A stretch of DNA of 63,503 bases, the filler included, from Choristocarpus tenellus KU-1152 (lineage: Eukaryota > Protista > Phaeophyceae), in NCBI GenBank assembly GCA_964200185.2. It is 13 parts of 13 records of this genome, joined end to end, with 100 filler letters (N's around TTAATTAATTAA, not from the genome) between each part and the next. Parts side by side here need not be neighbours in the genome. Positions count along the whole stretch, not along the records: positions 34,166 to 40,882 come from CAXNAD020007496.1; positions 40,983 to 44,249 come from CAXNAD020021157.1; positions 44,350 to 47,417 come from CAXNAD020022541.1; positions 47,518 to 51,806 come from CAXNAD020015269.1; positions 51,907 to 55,352 come from CAXNAD020019975.1; positions 55,453 to 58,699 come from CAXNAD020021286.1; 7 more parts are not named here. One strand, 5' to 3'. This document shows, piece by piece, positions 40,811-55,559 of this stretch (its first letter is position 1; the number at the start of each line of letters is the position of its first letter). The position numbers were made by a program, and so were the translations under genes. The notes beneath the pieces were generated by a model. That model made no database searches. It was given only the letters and a program-made list of their open reading frames with translations, and was not told the DNA's origin.

Positions 40811-41281
40811 ACCAACCAACTAATTCTCACACCCACGGGGTGGGAGGGCAAAAAAAACAAAGGAGGGGTAAAAAGGAAATGANNNNNNNNNNNNNNNNNN
40901 NNNNNNNNNNNNNNNNNNNNNNNNNNTTAATTAATTAANNNNNNNNNNNNNNNNNNNNNNNNNNNNNNNNNNNNNNNNNNNNGGGAGTGATGTGGATATA
41001 GTGTGAGCGTCAGTAGGTGGGGGGGGGGGGGGGGCGGGTGGGGGGGGGGGGGGGGGGGGGGGGGGGACTTATGTATTTATCATTGTTTTGTATGTAGCAA
41101 GTGCGTGCGTGACTTTTGTGGAGTTGTTATTGCCTTGCTGTGGTCCTTGCTTGGGTTGACATCACCTTGATTGGATGTTTTATGGCTCCATTTGCCTCGC
41201 CTTTGGCCTGTGTACATTTCCTCCGCACTCAAACATGTACACACCCAGTCCCCTCTCTTCCCCCCCTCCTGCAAATGTTAG

Positions 41282-44212
<2,931 letters not shown>

Positions 44213-44349
44213 GTAAGGGTCTACAGGGTTGGGGGAGGTGGGGGGGGGGNNNNNNNNNNNNNNNNNNNNNNNNNNNNNNNNNNNNNNNNNNNNTTAATTA
44301 ATTAANNNNNNNNNNNNNNNNNNNNNNNNNNNNNNNNNNNNNNNNNNNN

Positions 44350-44508
44350 GGGGGGGGAGTCTACACCAGTGTGTCCATTTGGGTCAAAATCAGGAAAAGT
44401 CATTTACCTTATCCATCCAACGTATGCAACCAAATCACCCAAAATTCGCGACATGAAAAAGTTGACCCTAAATGGACAGGCGCCACTCCCCCCCAGATAC
44501 TTCGAGCC
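44350..44508 (+). mobile_element. MITE subfamily A, near-complete copy
   Basis: Colinear with 24158-24335 and ends cccccagatacttcgagcc. The left tip is lost in the gap. Confidence 0.88.
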
Positions 44509-44862
44509 TAATTCAGTTCGACTTGGACCAGCTTTGGGGTTATTTTTGATGGGCAACGTGTTCCACTGCGCAATAGCTGTAACGGTTCTGGTTCAAGCAA
44601 CATATTGGAGTTTGTGGGCCTCCTCCAAAGAAGACTAGGGTGTCACTGCAGAAGCAAGGATAATACCAAAAAACATCACCCCCAAATAGAGCAAACCCTA
44701 TTCGTAATGCACAACACGACTTGCTTTATGGTTGTCTCTGAGGTTCCCCACAATGCAACCAACCACCTATGGGTTGTTGCTCAATTAGTACGACTCCCAC
44801 CTCTCCTCACAGCGTTTCACCAAGCAATAGATGCCACAATCGCCCCTAAAACCTCCAGACAG

Positions 44863-45287
44863 GTCTTGGACAAAAGAGTCACGGCGGAAATCCGGGCCTA
44901 TGTCCTGGATGCATACGCCCTTTACTACTACAAAAGAGGGAAATCCTCGGCCGCGTTGGACTTTGTGCAGAAGTCCATGAAGACACACGCCCGAATGCAG
45001 GCAGGTGTTTCACCCTAACCCGTTCAAGAAATCTCTCTTTTGGTACTCGAAAGCGAAGTTGTCTTACTCTGGTTGCTGTAGAGCTTGAGGTGGGCACAGC
45101 CACAGAGGTCAAGTCCCAGCACTCACATAATGAAAAGGTCTCTTTACACAACTAAGTCTGAATGAACTACACTGGTGCTGTACGCTGTTTTCAGGATTGG
45201 GGACATGTGGCCAAATGCCATCTCCACTCTGCAGCAGTACTCTCACGCCTCAACAGGCATGATGAGGCTCTCAGATGTTTGGGACAG
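44863..45287 (+). CDS. TPR-like helical repeat protein, two internal exons
   Basis: ~44863-45000 (AYVLDAYALYYYKRGKSSAALDFVQKSMKTHARMQ) plus 45195-45287 (DWGHVAKCHLHSAAVLSRLNRHDEALRCLGQ), with TPR-type periodicity. Confidence 0.7.
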
Positions 45288-46384
45288 GTGAGGGCAAACC
45301 CCCCTAGAGCAGGTGTTCCTCAAGGGGTACTCTTCCTAGAATTTTCCTTCCTCTTGGAACAATTTCTTCATTCTCTTTTTCTTTTCCCATGCTAAATGGA
45401 GATGTGCCATCAACACTCAAGGAGGACGTGTTTTCTTAGGGGTTGAAGGTGGGGACCGTGGGAGGGAGAATTCATTTAGAATAGGATATCGTTACGTCTA
45501 AAGTCACGATAAAGTCAACACCCTCGTAGTTCTATTTCTTCTTGAAGGGGAAACATCTTCACAGAGAACGGCCTGGGTAGGTTCCAACGACCTGTACTTC
45601 AAAGGTCCTCATTTCTTGCTCAGGTGTATATGAGAGGATAGGGATGGTAAGGTCCAACCCCAAGTCTGACCCAAGACAGGTAGGTGTTTGCTGTAAAAAA
45701 ACTGTACAATTTTGTTACTCTATTCGAAAAATGAGTTCTTCTAGCTAGCCTCTCAGTTTTTTATTGCTATGGAAGTACAAGAGGAACAGGTAGAAGCTTT
45801 ATGCTAGAATGATGGAGAGTCTGAAACGAATTGACAGGGTATGTGGAGGGGAGAAGTAAGGCACGATTGCTGTCGTTCTACCTTGGGCAAAAACGTTTCA
45901 GTTCCCCGAGAAAATTGTTCCGGCATTGGAGTGTTTTTGTGCATATAGCTCATCACTTTGTGCTCGTTTTCTAAGAAATTGGCACATTTCAGAATTTTCG
46001 ACAGAATTCAGAAAAGCCCTTCACACATTTGCAAAAGGAGCCGAATTTTGCAAGCTTGTTAACATCCTCAAAAGGTAATCCTGGGCATATCTAAAATAGC
46101 TTCAATATGAGCTTGAGAGATACAGCGATTCCTTGTGGGCTAACATCATGTCCCAAATATTGGATTTGCTTTGAGCCAAATTGAGCCTTGGGCGGCTTTA
46201 AAGTAACCCCTACAGTATGTAACATTGACAGTACTGCAGTGATTAATACCTCTTGTCTACTTTAGCTCCTAACAGGAGGTTTCTTCTTATGAGACACGGT
46301 CTGATATGTGTATTTCCGATTTCTCAAGTCATATCAGTATTAACAGAATCATCTTATTAATAATACTTTTTTTCTAAAATCTAG

Positions 46385-46762
46385 CGAATACGTCATAATA
46401 CATATATTATAATATATTTATATAGGATTGACTATAACTCTCTTAGAACATTTATAGAAATAGCACTTAACTCCTCTAGATCTAGAATTTCATTCTTAAG
46501 CAAAGAAAAGAGACAATATCTGCATTTGCAAGGATTTGCAAAAACTCTGAATCAAAATCTTCTATTTCAAAATTATCATATGTTCATTTATAACGATAAA
46601 TATGAGGAAGATAGAATAGGTCAGGGTAATATCGTAGGTAAAAATCTTGGTATAGGAGGATTAAATAAGGCGGAGCGTGCTATGCAGAACTTGCAAGGTG
46701 ATATCAAACCGCTTAAATCAACTACTATAAAACCATTACAAAATAAAAGAGGAGAAGAGTAA
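46385..46762 (+). other. AT-rich intronless open frame (125 codons), foreign-looking, function unknown
   Basis: Stop-free frame with AGA/TTA/ATA-rich codons inside an AT-rich island (~46300-46990). It contains the tracked ORF 46526-46762. Confidence 0.35.
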
Positions 46763-47719
46763 AGTTATGTTATTTGCGATGGTAAATATTACCAGAATAC
46801 CATTGATTACGTGGGTCAGTGAGCATTCTTTTGATGGCAATCGTTGGTTTAATAATAGGAGTGTTTTTTGATAATTTATTTGATTCAAAGCCCATCTTCC
46901 TTATAATCTGTATTATATTAGCAATGGTTGCGTCTCTTAGGTCAATTTGGAAAAAGAATATTAATTAGCAATGTCACATAGCCCATTAGATCAGTTTAAA
47001 GTTAGAGAAATAGTTGATATTGGCATGAAGTAGGTTGTGCAAACACCCCATTGAAAGGTACTGCCATCTGGGAGATCTTGTCAAACAATAGAGCAGAAGT
47101 CCTGATCCCCAAAATGGTATCATCTGCATGCAAAGTTGTCCCTGTGTGATGTTGGTTGCGTGACAGTGTTGTATACCCTGGGCAAAGCTGCAATGCACTC
47201 ATTGATACTGTCAGCCTTGACTACGAACTGGCAATATAGTTAACCTTAGTGCTTAGGTCCATGAGAAAGCAACCTTTTGCACACAAGCTATTCCTGTCAA
47301 AACCATTGCATCAACAAAATATAACACATTTATCACATTGTTAAAGAAACTGGTGTTCCCAAGACTTGTCTGTGTAAATAACTCGATTAATTCCTCATTA
47401 TGTAGAACAGGCTGTACNNNNNNNNNNNNNNNNNNNNNNNNNNNNNNNNNNNNNNNNNNNNTTAATTAATTAANNNNNNNNNNNNNNNNNNNNNNNNNNN
47501 NNNNNNNNNNNNNNNNNGGGGGGAAACACTTTTCCAGCCAAACCCCACTCACTGTCTTACAAATGCTTGCCGTGAAAAAAAACATATTATTATTATTAAT
47601 ATACTCCTCTAGAACAAAAATAACACTAAACTTTTCTTAAAACAGAACACCCTATCATGTCATTCCAGAAAAAAATGTAAGAAAAGTAACCAAACGAACA
47701 ACATGAAAAAAAAACATGC

Positions 47720-50700
47720 CTGCACAGGTATGGAACAAACCACAGGAAATCTTCATGGCATAACGCCCAAATCCCAGGTCTATCTCCGCCAGATTGTCTC
47801 CCATGTCCCCCACTGCAGACCCAACATTCGTCGTGTTGCCAGTACCCAGTTGCCCCACGCTGTTCTGCCCTGAGAGGAAGAGGGTCAGGCCAAGAGACAA
47901 GATAAAGGTATGGCAACATAAAGGTACAAAGAATCGCGAGTAAAAACAGGCAGTAGGGGGAAGAAAAAAAGGTACATCTAATAGTTTCTTTAAAAAGGAA
48001 CATCTAATAATAGGTTAAAATATATATAGTTGTAAACCACCCGACGAATACAATTGGCTGAATACAATCTAATTGCAATAGAATCGTAACCTGATATAGT
48101 GCATTTAGAATAATTATTCGGATACTCTGCACGGCATCCTTCGCCCCGCACGCACCTCCAAGAGTTTCTGTTGGTATTGCACGCTGTGATAGGCGTGTTT
48201 GCACATGTATGACCTCAGCCTCAAACTATTCAGCCTCCAATAGGGACCCTCCCTCCAAGATACTTTCAATCATACCATACCTCATCTTATACACGAAGGG
48301 AACATACACACTGTTGCATCGCTATTGCTACATCTACATCTGCTTGACACAGGTACACGATCTACACGATCCGATGCCCCTTTTTGAAACAAAAACAAAT
48401 GGTACAGAAAAAACAAGGGGACTCTCTTAAAATCACAGCACGGGAGAAAAATAAAAATAAAAATAAAAATAAAAACACCCAAATCAAATCCGTCAGAAAC
48501 AAAAACAAAAAAAATTGCATTATCAGTATTTAACTCTTTTCATAACTCTAACGTAACAAAGCCACACCCTCAGGGGACACACCGCTCAAAACAAATCTCA
48601 CCCCAGCATTTCACACCACCATGTTGAAGCAGGGCGCAAGAGTGCTGACTTCCAACAGCTACAGCAGTTGCCAGCACACCAGCTCCAAGGTTCACTACCT
48701 CGAGGTCATCGCCCATGGTACCTTCCCGATTTCCCCTCGCCCACTGATCCTCTTGCCCAAGCTGACCCCAACCGTTCTTCCCTGCGGAGGGTGAACAGTA
48801 TCAGGAGGGATAAGGCACAGGTAATTTAACCGTTCCAATACAATAAAAATAACTGTTCAACAACATAATAATAACAACAATAATAATAATCATGGAGCAG
48901 TTTCATTCAGCCGAGGAATGACTCATCGGGAAGGAATTAAACGACAGTCAAATTTTTGTTAACCCTAACCCTAACCCTAACCCCAACCCCAAGTTCTTGA
49001 TGAGCGGGCACAGGAAGCCCCAAGTGAGAATCCTTCTGGGAATGATACCTGCTGCCGGGAGCTGGGCATGATTGTTACGTGCAAAAATAGTAGGATCGCT
49101 ACTATTTTTCAATCCCTTCAACGCCGCACGCATATTTCATGCAAATCTGCAGTTGCAAAACAGAAAGAACCATTTCACTAAAATATAGATACACTTTCTG
49201 AGTTCAAACCCCTTCGAAGCCAGATTTTTTTGCATGGAGTTGTAATCGATAATTACAGATTTCGACCACTCCATGTGTAGTGATAGCTACCAGTATCCTA
49301 TTCGATACTTGGTCCATGCATGTTTCAATACTACTGTGTGAGCAGTATAATTGATTATAAACAATAATGGTTGAGGATACTCTCGTAGGGACGGGTAGAT
49401 GTCACGGCCACCAAGGCCAACAGTAGTGTTACCACATTTTCTTGAAGTACATGAGTGGGGGATATACACACAAAAAACGAACAGATCCTGATTCGAAGCA
49501 TTACAGACAAGAATACATTCATCCTTTACAGAATATAAATACTATTTTCCATACAGGGTTGAAGTCATGGACAGTGGTGGCAAAAGAGCACTACAACAGT
49601 CTTTCGTGGCGCCATGGCTGATAGGTGGTATGTCATCCTCAACCTGACACAGCAACAATCAAAGGAACAATCAGTAAATAACTAATACCAGAAGGACTCC
49701 TACTGCTCAACAGCTGGCACCTTACGGACCAACTGTTCATCACAACACACCATAATCTGTACCTCTCCCCCCCACCCCCTTGTTTTTCATGCTCAGATAT
49801 AAAGAAGTGAGAAGTATTAATGACGCTCTAGAGCCATCTGTAGTGCTACCAAATAGCTACAGATCACTGTTACTTCTACTTGACCATCAAAACAAACCTG
49901 AGTCTTCCTTCATGTATACATTGTGTGCTAAATTAGCATTTCTTAATACGTATGAATAGTTATTACAATGCCACAGGAGTCAAGCAAAACAAGGGCTTCC
50001 AATTACTTGGCAAAACATTGACCATATCCATACTCTACAACTGCATCTACCTTAGTGGCTTCATGTAGATATAGAGGGTCTCGTGGATGTACAGTGGAAA
50101 CATACAGAATATGTAAAATCTTCTTAAGGTAGTCTGGGACCTCTGAGAGCTTGGGATAGGGTACAACAAAACAATAGGTCCTCCCTCAGTCCCTGCAAAA
50201 ACTTCATCTGCGCAACACACATTCTCCCTGTCCAAAGCCAAGAACCACAACCCTTCCCAAATATTATCAAAACCTCTTACAACTATACAACTGTAGATGA
50301 CAACAATCTCACATGAATGCACATCACAAAGGATGTCCTGCAGATCAAAAAAATTAACGCACAGAGGCCCCAATCTGATTTGGATGATCATACATAGTCG
50401 TTTCTCCACTAATGAAGTCATATTTTAGACACAAGTATTCACAATCTCCACATGTTTCTGCTTCAAGATTAGAATGTCATAATACGCAGGGGGGAGAGGG
50501 CAATATGAAATAATAATTCTACACAGCAACCGCTGACTTACCCCAGCACTTCACCTCCCCTGTCTCAAGCAGGGCACAGGTATGGGCAGTCCCAGCAGCC
50601 ACCATTGAAGCTGTCATATTTGTTCCCAGGTCTACTGCTGGTAGGTTGTCTCCCATATCAAATTCTTCCAAGCCCCTACTCACTTTGTCCCCTAACCCTA

Positions 50701-51377
50701 GCCTCCCATTCCCGTTTTTTCCCCAGCACTGACAGGGCAAAAAGGTAAGAGGGGTTAGAAGGGGAAGATTGATGACAACACAGGACGAACTAAATGGAAG
50801 GAATGGACAGGACGCAGTTTTTACACAAAGAGAAACAGCACCACACAGCCAGCATAGAGATACAGGGAAGAGGGGCTGGCAGGAAAGGGCAAGTGAACAA
50901 CAGAACAAAGCAGCTGGAAGTTTGATATGCGCCTTCAGTCAGTGACCTGATAAGACGTAAAGAAATCATCACTAATATGAAAAGATGGGAAGTACGTGAG
51001 GAGTTCTTGTGTTTTGTCCTAGAATGTGTACACCATTTCGTCTTGAAGCGAAAACATCCAAAAACATAGATATGTAATCCCTCCCCACTAACCCATACTC
51101 CCACATATCCTTCAAGCGCTTCTTTTTCCCCTTCGCCAGAAAATCTTGGCAATGTGGCAACAAACATGCCTTCAATGATTCTGCTGGTAAGGTATACCTT
51201 CAAGCTCATGTCACTCAAGATAGCACAGTTGTGAGCATCGCCCACCGTCATCTCCACAACACTCAAGTCCGTCCCCAGGTCGACCTGAGGGAGGAAGTCG
51301 CCCATATCATCATCCAAATGACCCCGGCTCACATTGTCCCCTAAGCCCAGTTGGCCAAAGAAATTGAGCCCAAAGCA
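47720..51377 (-). CDS. RCC1/BLIP-II repeat protein, internal exons
   Basis: Exons 51198-51377, 50542-50728, 48602-48781 and 47720-47869, each about one repeat (CWG.N..GQLG.GD...RG.....MGD.L..VDLG......G..H.CA.L). Confidence 0.93.
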
Positions 51378-51906
51378 CTGTCGAGCCATTTGCCCAAGCA
51401 AGTGCACACCCAACAAATGTTACAGAGTAACATCAATACCATCCATGAAGTGAAATCGAGTGAGTAATGAGAATGTGAATGAAAACACTATTCATACAGC
51501 AATAATACAAAGTACACCAGAAGGTATTTTCGATCGTACATGTGTGAGTCCAAGACAGCAAAGGAGATTAAATGCACGACACTGGTGACAATTGAGATGG
51601 GAGAACATTGGAAGGTTATGGAAGTGAAAATTACTGAGTCTATACCCAGGTAGGATAGTTTACTCTCTACTGAGTAACAGTGGATACTGACTTGTCTCTG
51701 GACATGCTGGGGATAGTACATACATTTCGCACAGCTGATCTTGCTACAGCCCTAACCTGGTTGTTACCATCTCAATCATGCCCCCCCCCTCCCCTGTTAT
51801 TATTCCNNNNNNNNNNNNNNNNNNNNNNNNNNNNNNNNNNNNNNNNNNNNTTAATTAATTAANNNNNNNNNNNNNNNNNNNNNNNNNNNNNNNNNNNNNN
51901 NNNNNN

Positions 51907-53883
51907 ATGCACACATACCACTAGTTCAACATAGCAATGGTGGGCATGGGGAGAGGGGGGGTGGGGGGTGGAGGGAAGGGGATGGGCACAGACATGGGCA
52001 TAATCACAGTCACAGGGGTGAACCGCTGCAAATCCCCCAGCGACACCCCCAGCCTCAGCCTCAGCTGCAACCACATGTACAGGCCCGGCATATCCACGGT
52101 CACAGTCAGGAGAACAGGCCTGGCATAGGTGTTCCAAATGTGGTGGCAGCTGCTTCAACTGCAGCAGCATGGAGTCCATCGCCACCTTCACGACCTCGCA
52201 GCAGCAGTGGGGGCAGCAGTGGGGGTGGCAACGAAGCCTCGTTTTCTGAACATGGAGCTGGGTGGGTGGGCAATGACCGTGCTGCAGGAGGGGCAGGGGG
52301 GAATTGTAGTGCCAATGCTGGTGCTGGTGCTGGTGATGCCAAGCGGCAACAACAACCATGGAGAGATGGGCTAGAAGGCCGTGCTGGGATCTTCCGCAGT
52401 TGTAGCGAAGGAGGCCCTGACCATGGGAGGTGTGCAGGGTTAGGCAACAGTCCACATCCTCGTACCAGGTCTTTTGCAGGGCCAGGGCCAGGCAATGTGT
52501 ACGGTGGCATGTATGCTGTGGCACCATCAATGAGGCCAATGGGGCCTGCAGAGCCGGCTCCAATGCCGCCTCCGCCACCCCCACCTCCACAGGCAGCAAC
52601 ATTGCACAGGTATCACTCAGCAGATAGTAGACGAAGCGGTAGCTTTGGAGGGTATGACTACAGCACAATGGTGTCGTGCTTGGATAGGAATGTGGAGAAC
52701 TTTATGCAGAAGCTGGGGAGGGCAATGCAGCCAAGGCGAAGAGCATGGAGCCAGGCAAGAGGGAAAGCAACCTTCCTCCTGGTTGTTGTACTTGTATGAT
52801 AGGCCTTTGTTTTGTGTTTTTTTCTGTTTCTGTTTCTGTGTGTGTTTTGTTGGGTTTGTACTGCTGGTGATTGTAACTAAGCCTGGTCTAGTTGCCTAAC
52901 CCTTTCATTGTATTATTTGTGTGCACCCTTTCTCAGGAAGGTTTGGTTGGAGTAACAGCAGCCATTCGTGTATACTTCGTTAGTTGAGAAAGCCCTGAAA
53001 GGGGAGCTTACTTGTTTCCATTTTGGGGCGGAGAGAGTACTCTTATTGTCTTGGTCTGACAGTATTTTACACTGATTCAGTCTGAAACCGGTACACCATT
53101 TGCACCCTCTAATATTCCACAATATTCCACAATGTTACATGGTTCATAGAATACCTTACCCCCAATCTTCCATCCTCTTACACACTGGTGTATGTGTGTA
53201 TTGAAGGTGATAGCACGTGTTCGGGAGCTGGTCGCTGGCATCTGGAAAGAAGCAAGATTAGAGATGTACGGTTCATGCTACACAGGTGAGTCACAATGTT
53301 TTCTCTGTTGGTACAAGAATATGGTGTGTGCCCTCTTGCAGCTTTGGCTTTCATTGTGCACCCCACTGCTATTTTTTTTTGTGTTGAGCAGATTTATTTT
53401 TTTTAAACTCAACAACAAGTGCATTAGATTTTCAATTTATCGGTTACGCCTTCTCCTTGAGCATTCTTTGTGCAGCAGCCCAGCCAAGCCCAAGTCCGTT
53501 TAATTTTGTTTTTGAGCAAAAAGAGGTATGTGTTTTGTGTTTTGATCAGCTCACAGGCGAGAACGTGACACGTAGCAGTGTGTGCACGCACGAGTTTTGT
53601 CGAGATTGCTTTTTACTGGCGTCTCCTTTTTTTTTTAAGGACTATGCCCAGAAGATTTCGATAACACTTGTGTAGCAATGCCTGATCCTTCAGTGGGCTT
53701 TTTGTTGTTGTTGTTGTAAGACAGTATATGCTCTCGGTGTAACAATTACTGCGATAATAAAATGCTCTTGATTCTGATACACGTTATTCAGCTAGTGTGG
53801 GTTATTAGTTTATTTGCCTTACTTTTGTATCATCACTGTTGAGGATGTACTTGCTTGTAAATGCTGTGTTAAGATTTCAAGCA

Positions 53884-53914
<31 letters not shown>

Positions 53915-54901
53915 AGGACTTGGGGAACTGGATCTGTACTCCTTGGGTTTGAAATAGACACTGCAAGGGTTGGTTGCACTTGTGCGCGAGAGTCTTGTGC
54001 TATTATTATTTTTAATTTTTTGTGTTTTTCAAAGGCGTTTCTTCCTCGTTGGTCTTTGAAGGGCACTCCTAGTGTGGGATGGGAAGGCAGGGGATGGTCT
54101 TGGGGGACCTTCTGTTGGCATTTGAAATGCTGCAATTGTTTGCCACGGAGGGACCACCCCCTGCTTATTGCATTTTTTTTGTTTATTGCTGTGGTATGTT
54201 TTTTTTTCTTCTAATTTTATTGTATTTAGGTTTGGGATGTTGATGGCACACTAGTACAAAGGAGTGGTATTGTGCTCGTATGTTGGCCCTGGCTGAAGGG
54301 AGGGAATTTACTGGGGAGGGTTACATCCTCAGGCAAACAAGTCAGATGATGAGCCAATATGTTTCAAGCAGGCCTTAAAATGCGGACGTGGTGGAGAAGG
54401 AGGAGGAATCCTTCCCAAGGACAATGTTGACGGTCATGACCTGTCGTAGCAGATAGGCCACTCCATTTTATTTTTTCAGGGCAAAAGGTCTGGGGGGGAG
54501 GGAAATACTCACACATAACACACACATAACACACACACCTTCGACTGACAAATGCATAATTTAGTAAGAGGAAACAGAGGACAGTAATAGTTTTTTTTTT
54601 TAAGAAAAAGAAAAAAAACGATTTTTCAAAAGAGAGGTAAGTGTTCGTTTCTAGTACTGTATGACACTCTGTCTTTGTATGTGTGTGTTAATAGGTGTTT
54701 TGTTGTTGTAATGATGAAAACATCCATCCCCAAGGTCTTGAGCTCCCCAGCAGCGATGTGGACGTTGTGGTGTGTGGCATTTCTAGCAAAAAGTACGCTT
54801 ACGGAGGGGGAAGAGAGGGCTATAGCACCCTTCACACTGTCTCTAATTTACAGAAGCTGGCTAATGTGCTACAGGAGCAGACCTGGGTTCGAGGCATGAA
54901 G
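51907..54901 (+). CDS. Non-canonical poly(A) polymerase / terminal nucleotidyltransferase (TRF4/PAPD5-7-like), partial
   Basis: Long low-complexity exon to 52754 (..RRRAWSQ), exon 53207-53285 (VIARVRELVAGIWKEARLEMYGSCYT) and exon 54735-54901 (GLELPSSDVDVVV). Splicing joins the Pol-beta motif hG[S]x..DxD. Confidence 0.88.
53523..53650 (+). pseudogene. RING-finger fragment within an intron
   Basis: EVCVLCFDQLTGENVTRSSVCTHEFCRDC (C-x2-C..C-x-H-x-F-C-x2-C), with an out-of-frame CP downstream. Confidence 0.5.
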
Positions 54902-55559
54902 GTAAGAGAGGGAGTTCCGTTCCATGCGATTGGTCGGTTGTTTGTCTGCTTTCCCCTCCCCCACCCCTCATTCTCTTGTTATTTTTTTTTTTCAGGGTGG
55001 TTCGGTTTGTCGAAATCTTTGGGGGAAGGAAAAGGCGATGCCGATTCGAGGTTCTGTTTTTTAAATGAAACTGTTTTGATTGATGTTACATTTGAAAATA
55101 GTGTTTATGAAGGGGGAGTGCACTGTGTAATATTGGTTGGATATTTTGATTAAGGTGCTTGTTCTTTACGTGGTTTGTATTCATAGATGGTTTAGTAGAA
55201 GCTGTGCACCGTAATCGCCTTACCCTACCATAGGAAAAGTGTTGGTGCGATTCAAAGAGTTTGTTTGGGGGGGAGGGGGGGGGGGGGGGCGTATATATTT
55301 TTTTTTTTATTTAATACTTTTGAGGTTTTGCACGGTACGTTTTTTGTTTTTTNNNNNNNNNNNNNNNNNNNNNNNNNNNNNNNNNNNNNNNNNNNNTTAA
55401 TTAATTAANNNNNNNNNNNNNNNNNNNNNNNNNNNNNNNNNNNNNNNNNNNNCTCATCCCACCTCACCCCACCTCCTTCCCTTCCCCAATCACCACCACC
55501 ATCACCTCTGCCACCACTACCCACCCCCACTACCCCCTCCCCCTCAACAGAAAACCTAG

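Noticed and set aside
40771-41066. Long polyC/polyG tracts as G-quadruplex regulatory elements
   Set aside because: They sit at contig ends, where homopolymer length is unreliable, and may be sequencing or assembly artefacts.
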